NCBI RefSeq assembly: GCF_036507355.1
Contig: NZ_AP027877.1
Length of the DNA: 64,000 nucleotides
From: Escherichia coli
GTDB lineage: Bacteria; Pseudomonadota; Gammaproteobacteria; Enterobacterales; Enterobacteriaceae
Reading direction: 5' to 3' (one strand)
Within the stretch, counting starts at the first letter, position 1; each line of letters starts with the position of its first letter. Positions 45,404 through 58,220 of this stretch are shown in pieces. The notes beneath the pieces were generated by a model. It was given only the letters and a program-made list of their open reading frames with translations, had not been told where the DNA came from and did not search any database. Made by a program: the position numbers and the translations under genes.

Positions 45404-46135
45404 ATGACATTTGTTAAAGGATTCCCTTTGATTCTTCTGGTTGCCAGTATGTGCAGCCACGGCGCAGTGCAGCCTGACCGCACGCGCATCATCTTTAATA
45501 GCAAAGATAAAGCAACCAGCCTGCGCGTGGAAAACCGCAGCGATAAACTCCCCTACCTCGCCTATTCATGGATAGAAAATGAAAAGGGAGAGAAAAGCGA
45601 TGAATTTCTCGTCGCCCTGCCGCCTATCCAGCGACTGGAGCCAAAAGCGACTTCGCAGGTTCGGATCATGAAACAAGCCGCCACCGCGAAATTACCCACC
45701 GATCGCGAATCTCTCTTTTACTATAACCTGCGTGAAATTCCGCCTGTCCCGGAAGGCAGCGAGGGCCATGCGATCCTGCAAGTCGCCGTCCAAAGTCGCA
45801 TTAAGCTATTCTGGCGGCCCGCCGCATTACGCAAAAAAATGGGCGATCATGTTGAGCAACAGCTACAGGTTAGCCAGCAGAATAACCAGCTTACCCTGAA
45901 AAACCCGACCGGATACTATCTGACTATTGCCTATCTTGGGCGGGATGAGAAAGGCGTGCTGCCTGGCTTTAAAAGCACGATGGTCGCACCGTTCAGTTCG
46001 GTCACCACCAGCACGGGCAGCTATAGCGGCAAGCAGTTTTATATTGGCTACATGGACGACTACGGCGCATTGCGTATGAACACGCTCTCCTGCCAGCGGC
46101 AATGCCGCCTGCAGCCGGTGGAGAATAAAAAATGA
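45404..46135 (+). CDS. ybgP: fimbrial periplasmic chaperone
   Basis: 243-aa PapD-like chaperone ORF. Confidence 0.9.
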   Translation: MTFVKGFPLILLVASMCSHGAVQPDRTRIIFNSKDKATSLRVENRSDKLPYLAYSWIENEKGEKSDEFLVALPPIQRLEPKATSQVRIMKQAATAKLPTDRESLFYYNLREIPPVPEGSEGHAILQVAVQSRIKLFWRPAALRKKMGDHVEQQLQVSQQNNQLTLKNPTGYYLTIAYLGRDEKGVLPGFKSTMVAPFSSVTTSTGSYSGKQFYIGYMDDYGALRMNTLSCQRQCRLQPVENKK

Positions 46136-47193
46136 GATTCGCCAAAGGCGTGTTGCTCGCCATCTGTCTGATTTTTTTGCCGCTAAAAGCGGCGCTGGCG
46201 CTGAACTGCTATTTTGGTACCACAAACGGTGCTGTAGAAAAATCGGAAGCTATTATGCCCTTCGCCGTTCCGGCCAATTCCAAACCCGGCGATAAAATCT
46301 GGGAATCTGACGATATAAAAATTCCGGTCTACTGTGACAACAACACAAACGGTAATTTTGAAAGCGAGCACGTCTACGCCTGGGTAAACCCTTACCCCGG
46401 TATTCAGGATCCCTATTATCAATTGGGCGTAACCTATGAAGGCGTGGACTATGACGCAAGCCTTGGGAAAAGCCGCATCGACACGAATCAGTGCATCGAC
46501 AGTAAGAATATTGATATTTACACCCCGGAGCAGATCATTGCGATGGGCTGGCAAAATAAACTTTGCTCCGGCGATCCAACCGTTATGCACAAATCGCGGA
46601 CGTTTGTGGCGCGTATGCGGCTTTACGTTAAAGTTCGCGCCATGCCGCCCCATGATTATCAGAGCAAACTCAGCGATTACATCGTCGTACAGTTTGATGG
46701 CGCAGGCAGCGTGAACGAAGACCCTACCGCGAAGAGTCTGAAATATCACATTACCGGTCTGGAAAATATCCGCGTGCTGGATTGCAGCGTCAACTTTGCT
46801 ATCTCACCTGAAACCCAGGTCGTTGATTTTGGCCGATTTAACGTGCTGGATATTCGTCGCCATACGATGTCGCAGCAATTTAAAATAACTACAACCAAAT
46901 CACAAAACGACCAGTGTACCGACGGTTTTAAAGTCAGCTCTTCGTTTTATACCGATGAAACCCTTATCGACGAAGATAAATCACTGCTCATTGGCAATGG
47001 CCTGAAGCTTCGATTGTTGGATGAAAATGCCTCACCCTATACTTTCAACAAATACAGTGAATATGCCGATTTTACCAGCGACCTGTTAGTGTATGAAAAA
47101 ACCTACACGGCAGAATTGTCATCCACGCCGGGTACGCCCATCGACGTTGGTCCCTTTGATACAGTGGTACTTTTCAAAATTAACTACAACTGA
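46132..47193 (+). CDS. ybgO: fimbrial adhesin-like tip protein
   Basis: 353-aa ORF with signal peptide, last gene of the fimbrial operon. Confidence 0.85.
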   Translation: MRFAKGVLLAICLIFLPLKAALALNCYFGTTNGAVEKSEAIMPFAVPANSKPGDKIWESDDIKIPVYCDNNTNGNFESEHVYAWVNPYPGIQDPYYQLGVTYEGVDYDASLGKSRIDTNQCIDSKNIDIYTPEQIIAMGWQNKLCSGDPTVMHKSRTFVARMRLYVKVRAMPPHDYQSKLSDYIVVQFDGAGSVNEDPTAKSLKYHITGLENIRVLDCSVNFAISPETQVVDFGRFNVLDIRRHTMSQQFKITTTKSQNDQCTDGFKVSSSFYTDETLIDEDKSLLIGNGLKLRLLDENASPYTFNKYSEYADFTSDLLVYEKTYTAELSSTPGTPIDVGPFDTVVLFKINYN

Positions 47194-47341
47194 TTTAGCC
47201 TATTGCCCTTTCCAGCCGGAGAGGGCTTCTTCGGTTAATTGCCAATTTTCCGGCTTTTATTGATTACCGTTATTTTTTCCATGCCCGGCATTCTTTATGC
47301 TGTATCGATACACCAAAGAGTAAATAATGAGGGAGCAAAGG

Positions 47342-48388
47342 ATGCCAGTTTTGCAGTGGGGAATGTTATGTGTGCTATCACTTCTCCTTTCTATTGGTTT
47401 ACTCGCGGTACATCTCCCGGCGGCATTATTACTTGGGCCGATGATCGCCGGGATCATCTTCAGTATGCGCGGGGTTACCCTGCAACTCCCCCGCTCCGCT
47501 TTTCTCGCCGCGCAGGCCATTCTTGGCTGCATGATTGCGCAAAACTTGACCGGTTCGATCCTGACCACGCTGGCGGTTAACTGGCCGATTGTGTTAGCTA
47601 TTTTACTGGTGACGTTGCTTTCCAGCGCTATCGTGGGATGGCTACTGGTGCGCTATAGCTCACTGCCCGGAAATACTGGTGCCTGGGGCTCCTCGCCTGG
47701 CGGCGCGGCGGCAATGGTCGCTATGGCGCAAGATTACGGCGCAGATATTCGCCTGGTGGCGTTTATGCAATATCTGCGAGTGCTGTTCGTCGCGGGGGCC
47801 GCGGTCCTGGTCACCCGCATGATGCTGGGTGATAACGCTGAAGCGGTTAACCAGCAAATCGTCTGGTTCCCGCCAGTGAGCATTAATCTCCTGCTTACGA
47901 TTTTGCTCGCGGTCGTTGCCGGTACGGCGGGATGCCTGCTGCGTCTTCCTTCCGGCACGATGCTCATCCCGATGCTGGCGGGCGCAGTGCTCCAGTCTGG
48001 TCAGCTCATCACCATCGAACTACCAGAATGGCTGCTGGCGATGGCGTATATGGCAATTGGCTGGCGGATTGGTCTTGGTTTCGATAAACAAATCTTACTG
48101 CGGGCACTACGCCCGCTACCGCAAATCCTGCTGTCGATTTTTGCTCTGCTGGCTATTTGTGCGGGTATGGCGTGGGGGCTGACCCGGTTTATGCACATTG
48201 ATTTTATGACTGCCTACCTCGCCACCAGCCCCGGCGGGCTTGATACCGTGGCGGTCATCGCCGCAGGGAGCAATGCCGATATGGCGCTCATTATGGCGAT
48301 GCAAACCCTACGCCTGTTCAGTATTTTGCTGACAGGGCCTGCCATTGCGCGGTTTATTTCAACCTATGCACCGAAGCGATCGGCCTAG
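47342..48388 (+). CDS. abrB: AbrB-family membrane protein (AidB regulator, YbgN)
   Basis: [19 protein letters not shown]... polytopic membrane protein; 348 aa from this Met. Confidence 0.9.
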   Translation: MPVLQWGMLCVLSLLLSIGLLAVHLPAALLLGPMIAGIIFSMRGVTLQLPRSAFLAAQAILGCMIAQNLTGSILTTLAVNWPIVLAILLVTLLSSAIVGWLLVRYSSLPGNTGAWGSSPGGAAAMVAMAQDYGADIRLVAFMQYLRVLFVAGAAVLVTRMMLGDNAEAVNQQIVWFPPVSINLLLTILLAVVAGTAGCLLRLPSGTMLIPMLAGAVLQSGQLITIELPEWLLAMAYMAIGWRIGLGFDKQILLRALRPLPQILLSIFALLAICAGMAWGLTRFMHIDFMTAYLATSPGGLDTVAVIAAGSNADMALIMAMQTLRLFSILLTGPAIARFISTYAPKRSA

Positions 48389-49176
48389 TGCTGGCAGCCA
48401 GGGCACCAGTAAAACGGGCGAGATGACAGCGTGGTTTTCTCAATGATGCCGCCACAACGTTCGCACGGTTCTCCATCACGATGAAAAACCTTAAAGCGGA
48501 ACAGCGCGCCGTGATGTTTTTTCTCATCCACCTGCCCCCGCGTAGCGTAGGAAAATCGAGGAATATCCAGTAACGCGTGTGCGAGTGCATCCAGTTGCGC
48601 CGCATTGAGATCTTTCGCTTTATGATTTCCAGTCACCCCAACCTGCCAGAGGATCTCCACCCGCAAATAATTGCCAAGCCCAGCCAGAAACGCCTGATCG
48701 AGCAGTAATCCAGCAAACTGACGGTTACGAAAGCGCGGCGACAATAACCGTTCTTTCACCACCTCCGGCGTCAGATTCGGATCCAGCACATCGGGACCAA
48801 CGCGTTGTAAAAACGGATGCGTGGTCAGTTGTTCCGGGGTCAACATCTCAATATCCGAGGCGCTATAAAGCAGAATGGTTTTGTCAGCCGTTTGCAGTTT
48901 TACCCGCAATACTCGCGTGGTCTGCGGCTCTTCGCCGGTATCAACCACGCGCCAGACGCCGTAAAGCTGATTATGGCTGTAGAGCGTTAAGTCGTTGGAA
49001 AAATGAGTTAACAGCGCCTTACCACGCGTTTCCACATGGGTAACGTGTTGACCGATAAGTGGTGATTGATAAGATTTTAACTGCGGGAAAGCAAACCAGA
49101 CATCAGTTAGTGGTTTGCCTTTGATCGCCGCCTCCAGGTTATCCGCTGCACGGCGGATCTCCGGGCCTTCAGGCAT
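48385..49176 (-). CDS. nei: endonuclease VIII (DNA glycosylase/AP lyase)
   Basis: 263-aa [31 protein letters not shown]... with C-terminal zinc finger CxxC...CxxC. Confidence 0.95.
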   Translation of the reverse strand: MPEGPEIRRAADNLEAAIKGKPLTDVWFAFPQLKSYQSPLIGQHVTHVETRGKALLTHFSNDLTLYSHNQLYGVWRVVDTGEEPQTTRVLRVKLQTADKTILLYSASDIEMLTPEQLTTHPFLQRVGPDVLDPNLTPEVVKERLLSPRFRNRQFAGLLLDQAFLAGLGNYLRVEILWQVGVTGNHKAKDLNAAQLDALAHALLDIPRFSYATRGQVDEKKHHGALFRFKVFHRDGEPCERCGGIIEKTTLSSRPFYWCPGCQH

Positions 49177-49211
49177 GGTGATATCCTTTTTTCATTCTTT
49201 ATTAAACGGGG

Positions 49212-49946
49212 TTATGCTGCGACAACAATCCCCTTTTCGGCAAATGCAGAGCGTAGTCGGCGGGCGAACGCCAGTGCGTGCTCGCCGTCGCCATGCAGGC
49301 AGACCGTTTGCGCCGTGACCGTTGCCCATTCGCCGGTGATACTTTTGACTCTGCCGTGTTGCACCATCTCCAACGTTTGCGCCAGCGCCTGTTCTTCGTT
49401 TTCAATCAACGCGCCTGACTGGCTTCGCGGCACCAGCGAGCCGTCAGCCTGATAACCGCGATCGGCAAACACTTCCTCGCGCGTTGTCAGGCCATATTGC
49501 TTGCCTGCACGAATCAGCTCGCTTCCTGCCAGCCCAACGAGAACCAATGCTGGATCGCAAGCGTATACCGCTCTGGCGATGGCGTCTGCCAGTTGTGCTT
49601 CTTTCGCCGCCTGGTTGTACAACATGCCGTGCGGTTTGACATGACGCATTACGCCGCCTTGCGCACGGGTAATCGTTGCCAGCGCGCCAATTTGATACAG
49701 CGTCTGGGCGTAAACGGTTTCTGGCGGCAGCTGCATAGCGCTGCGACCAAAATTTTCCCTGTCGGGAAAACTCGGATGAGCGCCAATCGCGACACCATTT
49801 TTTATTGCTTCACGCACGCAAGCCTGCATGGTTTGCGCATCGCCTGCATGAAATCCACAGGCAATATTGGCAGAGGAAACCAGCGTTAATAGCTCTGCGT
49901 CGCTGGTGCAGCCTTCGCCCAGATCGGCGTTCAGGTCAATTTTCAT
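49212..49946 (-). CDS. pxpA: 5-oxoprolinase subunit A (LamB/YcsF family)
   Basis: 244-aa [15 protein letters not shown]... Confidence 0.93.
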   Translation of the reverse strand: MKIDLNADLGEGCTSDAELLTLVSSANIACGFHAGDAQTMQACVREAIKNGVAIGAHPSFPDRENFGRSAMQLPPETVYAQTLYQIGALATITRAQGGVMRHVKPHGMLYNQAAKEAQLADAIARAVYACDPALVLVGLAGSELIRAGKQYGLTTREEVFADRGYQADGSLVPRSQSGALIENEEQALAQTLEMVQHGRVKSITGEWATVTAQTVCLHGDGEHALAFARRLRSAFAEKGIVVAA

Positions 49947-50868
49947 TGTGCAGCCGCCACGCTAATTGTTCGAAATAACGTTGCTGATCTTGCCGCGCTT
50001 TCAGTGCCTCTTCCAGTGAACACTGGACAAAATGAATCGGCTGACCGAGCGGAATTTGCGCCAGATGGTACATATCAGCCTCAATGATACAGGCAATACG
50101 CGGGTAACCACCGGTGGTCTGTGCGTCGTTCATCAACACAATGGGCTGCCCGTTATGCGGCACCTGCACCACGCCCGGTAACAAACCGTGAGATAACAGT
50201 TCGCGATCGGTGGTGCGTTTTAAAATTTGCCCCTGTAAGCGATAGCCCATGCGGTTACTTTGCGAGCTAAGCTGCCAGGGCGAACGCCAGAATGCATCCT
50301 GCGAGGCGCGATCGAACTCATGATATTCCGGGCCCGGCAAGGCGCGAATGCGGTTGCCCCACAGCAGCTGTTTAACGCCCTGCGCTTCCATAAAATCACG
50401 CTTCGATTTGCCAATCGGGAGTCGGTCACCATCCTTCAGTAAACGGCCTTCCAGCCCGCCAATCCCCACTTTGAGATCGGTGCTGCATGACCCCATTACC
50501 GGCGGAACATCAATACCACCCGCGACCGCCAGATAACTGCGCATCCCGTGCTGCGGGCGTTTAAGCGTTAAACGCTGGCCTGCTTTCATCGGCAATCGCC
50601 AGCCGGTCCAGACGGCATTATCATCCAGCAGCGCTTCGCAACCGGCACCCGTCAGAGCAAACCCCCCATCAGTTTCGAACTCAACCGTTAACTGACCGAG
50701 CGTGATCTCCAGCGCGGGGGCATTGGCGTCATTACCCACCAGCAGGTTAGCAATGCGCAGCGCAGGCATATCCAGTGCGCCGCAGTGGCTGATACCCGAC
50801 TGGCGAAAACCGTGACGACCGCCATCTTGCACAGTGGTATACATGCCCGCACGAATAATCTTCAGCAT
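49936..50868 (-). CDS. pxpC: 5-oxoprolinase subunit C
   Basis: 310-aa ORF, middle gene of the pxp cluster. Confidence 0.9.
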
Positions 50869-51518
50869 ACTCCCTCCTTTTGCGGTACAAAGCGCACGCT
50901 GTCTCCCGGACGTAATAAGATGGGTTCGTCACGCGCCGGATCAAACAGGCTGAGTGAGGTATGACCAATCAACTGCCAGCCACCCGGCGTTGCCAGCGGA
51001 TAAACACCAGTCTGCGGCCCGCCGATCCCGACAGAACCTGCCGGAACGAGCAAGCGCGGTTCAGCGCGCCGTGGCGTGTGTAGTTGTTCCGGCAAACTCC
51101 CGAGATACGGGAAGCCCGGTTGAAAACCTAAAAACCAGACCACGTATTCCACGGAGGAGTGCAATTCAACAACCTGTTTTTCGCTCAACCCGCAATGCGC
51201 CGCGACCACCGCCAAATCCGGTCCGCCTGCACCACCGTAAACCACCGGAATTTCAATAAAGCGAGACTCAGGTTCCAGGGCCTCGCTCTCCTCCCACCAG
51301 CGTTGCAAACGCTCTATGGCATCCAGCGCCAGCGACTCAGGATTACGCAAAATCACCGTGATATTGTTCATGCCGGGAATGGCTTCAACCACATTCGGCA
51401 TATCCACCAGACGCTGCGCCAGTCGCCAGATCCGTTTCTGGCTAGCCAGCGTCACCGGCGGTTCCAGTTCCAGCACTACCGCCGTTTCACCTATCAGATA
51501 ACAACGCGCTCGTTGCAC
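50862..51518 (-). CDS. pxpB: 5-oxoprolinase subunit B
   Basis: 218-aa ORF, overlapping pxpC. Confidence 0.9.
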
Positions 51519-51540
51519 TTTCGATCCCTCTGATTATTCG

Positions 51541-52284
51541 TTATGCAGGATTAGGAATATCAATAAAGGTCACATCAAGATCGGTATTTTCATTCAGCCA
51601 CTCGCTCAATGCGCGAATACCACCGCGTTCAGTGGCATGGTGACCTGCAGCATAAAAATGCAATCCCTGCTCGCGGGCTGAATGAATGGTCTGTTCAGAA
51701 ACTTCGCCAGTAATAAAAGCATCCACGCCAAAACGCGCGGCGCTATCGATAAAACTTTGCCCGCCGCCCGTGCACCAGGCGACGCGCTGGACCACCTCAG
51801 GTCCGGTATCGCCACACCATAACGGCTTACGTCCCAGACGCGCTTCAATCCAGGAAGCCAGCTCCAGTCCCGGCACAGGCATGGTCAGTTCGCCCCACGG
51901 CACCAACGGCTCAATTTCGCCCATGACCGTAATCCCCAGTAACGCCGCCAGCTGTGCGTTATTGCCCAGCTCAGGATGTGCGTCAAGCGGCAAATGCCAG
52001 CCATACAGGTTGATATCATTCGCCAGCAACGTTTTTAAACGGTTACGCTTCATGCCGCGAATGACCGGAGATTCGCCTTTCCAGAAGTAGCCATGATGCA
52101 CAATGACCGCATCCGCGCCCAGACGCACTGCCTCATCGAGCAAAGCCTGGCTGGCAGTGACACCGGTAACAATTTTTTGCACCGTCTCTTTGCCTTCCAC
52201 CTGCAAACCATTCGGCGCGTAATCACTAATCGCCGCGCTGTTCAGTTTTTCGTTAATCAGTTGTTCCAGTTCGGTGTTTTTCAT
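51541..52284 (-). CDS. ybgI: Nif3-family metal-binding protein (GTP cyclohydrolase 1 type 2 homologue)
   Basis: 247-aa ORF MKNTELEQLINEKLNSAAISDYAPNGLQVEG... Confidence 0.93.
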   Translation of the reverse strand: MKNTELEQLINEKLNSAAISDYAPNGLQVEGKETVQKIVTGVTASQALLDEAVRLGADAVIVHHGYFWKGESPVIRGMKRNRLKTLLANDINLYGWHLPLDAHPELGNNAQLAALLGITVMGEIEPLVPWGELTMPVPGLELASWIEARLGRKPLWCGDTGPEVVQRVAWCTGGGQSFIDSAARFGVDAFITGEVSEQTIHSAREQGLHFYAAGHHATERGGIRALSEWLNENTDLDVTFIDIPNPA

Positions 52285-52371
52285 CTTCGCGCCTTCCGTA
52301 TTCTGATAGCTACACCGTTAACATAGCGTTACCTCGCCTGTTCGTCGATAGCCAATCTTTTGACATATTAA

Positions 52372-54036
<1,665 letters not shown>

Positions 54037-54044
54037 CAGGTCAA

Positions 54045-54183
54045 ACCGATGCCTGATGCGACGCTTAACGCGTCTTATCAGGTCTACGTATTTCCTGCAA
54101 TTTATTGAATTTGCACAAATTTGTAGGCTGGATAAGGCGTTTACGCCGCATCCGGCATCTGGGCTCGATTGCCTGACGCGTCT
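54045..54183. repeat. REP/BIME palindromic repeat cluster between dtpD and phrB
   Basis: gcctgatgcgacgcttaacgcgtcttatcaggtctacg and related units. Confidence 0.7.
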
Positions 54184-54184
54184 G

Positions 54185-55603
54185 TTATTTCCCCTTCCGC
54201 GCCGCCTCATACGCTGCCAACGTTTGTACTCTCGCCTCTTTGTGATCGACTATCGGTTGCGGATAATCCAGCGTCACACCTGCTTTCTGCGCCCACTTCC
54301 ACGGCTCATGCACCGCTTTCCCCGGTACATTGCGCAGTTCCGGTAGCCACTGGCGGATAAACTCGCCTTCGCGGTCAAATTTCTCGCCCTGGGTTGTCGG
54401 GTTGAAAATACGAAAATACGGCGCTGCATCAGTACCCGTAGAAGCCGCCCACTGCCAGCCACCGTTATTGGCTGCCAAATCACCATCAATCAGCTGCGAC
54501 ATGAAATATCGCTCGCCTTCGCGCCAGTCGATCAACAAATCTTTCACCAGAAAACTGGCTGTAATCATCCGTAGCCTGTTATGCATCCAGCCAGTGCTAT
54601 TAAGCTGACGCATGGCAGCATCGACAATCGGGTATCCCGTTATGCCTTCCTGCCAGGCCTTTAAATGGGCGGGATTGCTTTGCCACTGTACACGATCCGT
54701 CCAGGCAATAAACGGACAATGTTTACACAACGAGGGGTAATATGTCATCAGATGACGGTAAAACTCGCGCCAGATCAGCTCATTAAGCCAGACACTACCG
54801 GCCCCACCGTCCAGCGCCTGCGGCTGTTCCGCCAACAGGCGATGCAAACACTGGCGAGGTGATAACCCGCCCGTTGCCAGGCTGGCGGACAAACGACTGG
54901 TGCCTTCCACTGCCGGAAAATCTCGTTGTTGCTCATATTCTCCGGCACCGTTCTGGCAAAACTGGCGTAATTGCGCAATCGCCGCTTTTTCTTCCACCGG
55001 GAAATGCGCAGTATCGAAAGACTGACGAGGATAATTCAGCGTAATGGATGGCGCGGGCTTTATCGATCCGCTACTACGAACTTTTGGTGCAGCGACGCAC
55101 TCCGGCATCCCTTCCCGCAGCCGTTTCAGCCAGGCATTCTTAAAAGGCGTAAAGACTTTGTACATCTCATGATTGCCGGTCATCACCGCGCCAGGCGGCA
55201 GGATCACGCTGTCATCAAATCCTTCACACACCACGTTACGCAGCGTTCTCTCAACCTGCACATCCCGCGCCCGCTCATTCACCTCATACTGATAGTTATA
55301 AAAAAGATGAGTAACGCTGTTTTCCGCGCACACCTGTTTAACTATTTCGACGCTGGCGGCAAAGTCATCCACTTCACGGAACAATAAAGGAATGCCTTTT
55401 TCCGCCAGCGCGATTTGTAGCCCGTTCAGTTGAGCATTGATAAGTTCAGCCTGACGCGGCGACATATTATGCGCCGCCCACTGGCGTGGTGTAGCGATAT
55501 ACAACGCCAGCACGCGTGCAGACGAATTGCGGCAGGCGGCAGCCAGCGCGAGATTATCGTGCAGACGTAAATCCTGGCGAAACCAGACCAGATGAGTAGT
55601 CAT
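54185..55603 (-). CDS. phrB: deoxyribodipyrimidine photolyase
   Basis: 472-aa ORF MTTHLVWFRQDLRLHDNLALAAAC... Confidence 0.95.
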   Translation of the reverse strand: MTTHLVWFRQDLRLHDNLALAAACRNSSARVLALYIATPRQWAAHNMSPRQAELINAQLNGLQIALAEKGIPLLFREVDDFAASVEIVKQVCAENSVTHLFYNYQYEVNERARDVQVERTLRNVVCEGFDDSVILPPGAVMTGNHEMYKVFTPFKNAWLKRLREGMPECVAAPKVRSSGSIKPAPSITLNYPRQSFDTAHFPVEEKAAIAQLRQFCQNGAGEYEQQRDFPAVEGTSRLSASLATGGLSPRQCLHRLLAEQPQALDGGAGSVWLNELIWREFYRHLMTYYPSLCKHCPFIAWTDRVQWQSNPAHLKAWQEGITGYPIVDAAMRQLNSTGWMHNRLRMITASFLVKDLLIDWREGERYFMSQLIDGDLAANNGGWQWAASTGTDAAPYFRIFNPTTQGEKFDREGEFIRQWLPELRNVPGKAVHEPWKWAQKAGVTLDYPQPIVDHKEARVQTLAAYEAARKGK

Positions 55604-56109
55604 AAAACTCCTGAATGGCGCAAGTTAATCACACGCGGCCAAAGTTCGAAATAACGCTGCCCTGAAAGCCAGGCGTCAGGATAAAGCGCCATATAGTGTT
55701 TGATACGCATCAGCGGCGCAAGAAGTGGTTGCTCGCCACGGCGATAACTGTCGATAAGCGCAGCCAGCTGCTGGCGTTCTGTGGAATCAATATGCGGGCG
55801 AAAATAACCCTGAACGTGCATCAAAACGTTGGTGTGATCGCGCGGGTTGGCGGGATGAGAAAGCAAAACAATTACGCGTTGGCGGTACTGGCTGTAAAAA
55901 TCATCCAGATTTTGCCACTGATGAATATCAGCCACAAACGGGCCAAGTTTGCGGTATTCCGGCTGAGAATGAGCCAGAAAGACGAGTTTATAGCGGCTGT
56001 GATAATCGAGAAGCGCCCCGCGCGTTAAGCCATGTTCTTTCAGTCGATGTAACTCATGAAGGGCGAAGATACGGATTAGGGTGCTGTCATCAAATCGTTG
56101 CTGATTCAT
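55600..56109 (-). CDS. ybgA: DUF1722-family protein YbgA
   Basis: 169-aa ORF overlapping the phrB start. Confidence 0.9.
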   Translation of the reverse strand: MNQQRFDDSTLIRIFALHELHRLKEHGLTRGALLDYHSRYKLVFLAHSQPEYRKLGPFVADIHQWQNLDDFYSQYRQRVIVLLSHPANPRDHTNVLMHVQGYFRPHIDSTERQQLAALIDSYRRGEQPLLAPLMRIKHYMALYPDAWLSGQRYFELWPRVINLRHSGVL

Positions 56110-56339
56110 TACTGCTCCTGAGATATTAACAGGAGTAAGTGTAGACGTTGGGAAATGATTTTTGTGAAGTTAATCCGCTAGCAGGGCAAGATTACGAAAG
56201 CGCGCTCCCCGCAAGCAACTCATCAAGGTAGTTAATCATGGCTTAACACGATATTACGCCAGAAGTCACCATTTCCAAAACACAGCGCCGCTATAAAGTC
56301 GGCTATGTCAGAGCCCGCCACATAAACAGCAAAACCTAC

Positions 56340-56567
56340 ATGACCACGTACTACTCACGACACCCCTGCCTGAACCTTAAGGGCGACTGGCTGAAAGAGG
56401 CCGGATTTGATACCGGGCGGGGTGTCACGGTGAAGATTTCGGAGGGGTGCCTGACCATTATCGCTGACAGTGACGAGGTGCAGGAGCTGCGGGAGGAACT
56501 TTATCAGGTTAAACAGGTGGTTAAGGGGATACGGAGCGGGATGTTTAGTGTGCTGGACGAGAGTTAA
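56340..56567 (+). CDS. SymE-family (type I toxin-antitoxin toxin-like, AbrB/SpoVT fold) protein homologue
   Basis: 75-aa ORF; HPCLNLKGDWLKEAGFDTGRGVTVKISEGCLTIIAD resembles the core of E. coli SymE ([35 protein letters not shown]). Confidence 0.65.
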   Translation: MTTYYSRHPCLNLKGDWLKEAGFDTGRGVTVKISEGCLTIIADSDEVQELREELYQVKQVVKGIRSGMFSVLDES

Positions 56568-56573
56568 ATAATA

Positions 56574-56612
56574 AAAAAGCCGGGAAGATGTTATTTTCTT
56601 CCCGGCTTTTTT
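56574..56612. terminator. bidirectional intrinsic terminator between the symE-like gene and the Rhs immunity gene
   Basis: aaaaagccgggaaga...tcttcccggctttttt hairpin flanked by A and T runs. Confidence 0.7.
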
Positions 56613-56904
56613 AAAGTTTATTTATAGCTTGGTTAATTTCAAATAATAATGAGACAATATCTTTCGCAGAACCATTATAAATGGGGGTATCCCAATCAAA
56701 GTCCTTTATTAAACAAATATAAAAATTCCCATTTAAATTAAAAGATGGTCGCCACCCAACATCCAAAAGATACCCACCAGGATATTCAACTTGGAGCATA
56801 TCTTCCTTAAGTTCATCTCGCTGTTCATTAAGAGGGATGCTTTGTTTCAGGGAGAAGTCATTAAAAATTACATTCCCTTTTTTTCCTAAGAAATCAATGT
56901 TCAT
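56611..56904 (-). CDS. putative Rhs toxin immunity protein
   Basis: 97-aa AT-rich ORF whose start overlaps the Rhs stop (ATGA), the classic position of Rhs immunity genes. Confidence 0.65.
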   Translation of the reverse strand: MNIDFLGKKGNVIFNDFSLKQSIPLNEQRDELKEDMLQVEYPGGYLLDVGWRPSFNLNGNFYICLIKDFDWDTPIYNGSAKDIVSLLFEINQAINKL

Positions 56905-58151
56905 GGTGTTGTTAGCCTTCGGAATTCATCAAGTGATATGGGATGTCCATGTATTGTCCCACCGCTAAGTTCAACTCGAACCCATTGAGATTCTTTACCC
57001 TCACTGGCCCCAATAACTTTCCCCATATCTTTTACTTTCCATGGTTTACCGTTGGTAACAGGTGTGCCTGTATTAAAAACATCGTATTCCAGCGTTTTAA
57101 TATCAATATCGGGAGAATATTTTGCCGGGCCTGATTTTGTTGATTTAATTATATCCTTCCATGATTTGTTTTTTGGAGGAAAATGTTTGTATCCATGATT
57201 TGTCCATTCAGGTTGCCCACACTTTAAACCTAACGGGTCGATCCACCCCAACGGATTCGGCGCGTATTGGTATAAATTTAATCCACCAAGCAGCCCTATC
57301 GGATCCGTTACCATGAACCGCCCGACATCCGGATCATAGTACCTGTGCAGATTGTAGTGCAGCCCCGTTTCCCTGTCGAGGTACTGTCCCTGGTAGCGCA
57401 GGTTCTGCTCCACCCTGCCGTGGTCCTTCTCCTGTATCGTGTTACCCCAGACCTGATACCCCGTCTCCCACACGATTCTCCCGTCGCTGTCCGTCATCTC
57501 TTCCGGCGCACCGTTCACATCCGTGTGAAAATACAGTATCCGGTTCGGGCCCTCTTTGCCTGCCTTATCCACCCGCGCCAGCGGTTCATAACTCCCCGGG
57601 TCCCTGTAGATGTACAGGCTGCCTGTTCCCTCCGGCCTGCTCTCCTGCGCCAGCCGCATTCCGTCCCATAAAAATTTTGTCCGGTTGTACGGTTTACCGT
57701 CAGGGCTGATGTGCTGTTTTTCCGTCCGCCTCCCCAGTGCATCGTACACATACCGGTATGCCCCCCGCGCTGTCGTCACTTCCACCATCCGGTGTTCCGC
57801 ATCATAACGGTAACTCTGCGTTCCGCTCCGGCCCTCCTTTTCCACCGCACGGCCAAATTCGTCATAACGGTAGTGCACACCACGGTAAGACATCAGCCGG
57901 TTGAACGGCACCACGCTGTTTTCTGCCGTGGCCCTTTCCCCCGCGCGCCTCCCCAGCAGGTTTCCCGCCGCGTCGTACTGCCAGCTCGCCAGATACCCCT
58001 CATCCTCCGAACGGCACGCCGTGATGCGCCCCGTGGGGTCGTAGAAGTAATCCGTTTCCCCCCGCCGGCTGTGCCGCGTCTTCAGCAGTTCATCCTCGCC
58101 ACTGTAGCTGTACTGCCGGTCCGTGAACGTCTCCGGTACCACCCCGCGCAT
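56901..58151 (-). CDS. Rhs protein C-terminal part: last YD repeats, DPxGL boundary motif and about 107-aa variable C-terminal toxin domain
   Basis: YD-repeat sequence, then DPIGLLGGLNLYQYAPNPLGWIDPLGL followed by an AT-rich divergent tail; in frame with the upstream Rhs ORF across a single TAG. Confidence 0.85.
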   Translation of the reverse strand: MRGVVPETFTDRQYSYSGEDELLKTRHSRRGETDYFYDPTGRITACRSEDEGYLASWQYDAAGNLLGRRAGERATAENSVVPFNRLMSYRGVHYRYDEFGRAVEKEGRSGTQSYRYDAEHRMVEVTTARGAYRYVYDALGRRTEKQHISPDGKPYNRTKFLWDGMRLAQESRPEGTGSLYIYRDPGSYEPLARVDKAGKEGPNRILYFHTDVNGAPEEMTDSDGRIVWETGYQVWGNTIQEKDHGRVEQNLRYQGQYLDRETGLHYNLHRYYDPDVGRFMVTDPIGLLGGLNLYQYAPNPLGWIDPLGLKCGQPEWTNHGYKHFPPKNKSWKDIIKSTKSGPAKYSPDIDIKTLEYDVFNTGTPVTNGKPWKVKDMGKVIGASEGKESQWVRVELSGGTIHGHPISLDEFRRLTTP

Positions 58152-58220
58152 CCCGCTGTATGTCTCCCTGCGCTTCAGCCGCCCGCCGGGGTCGTAAAGC
58201 TGCCGCGTGCTCAGTCGCCC

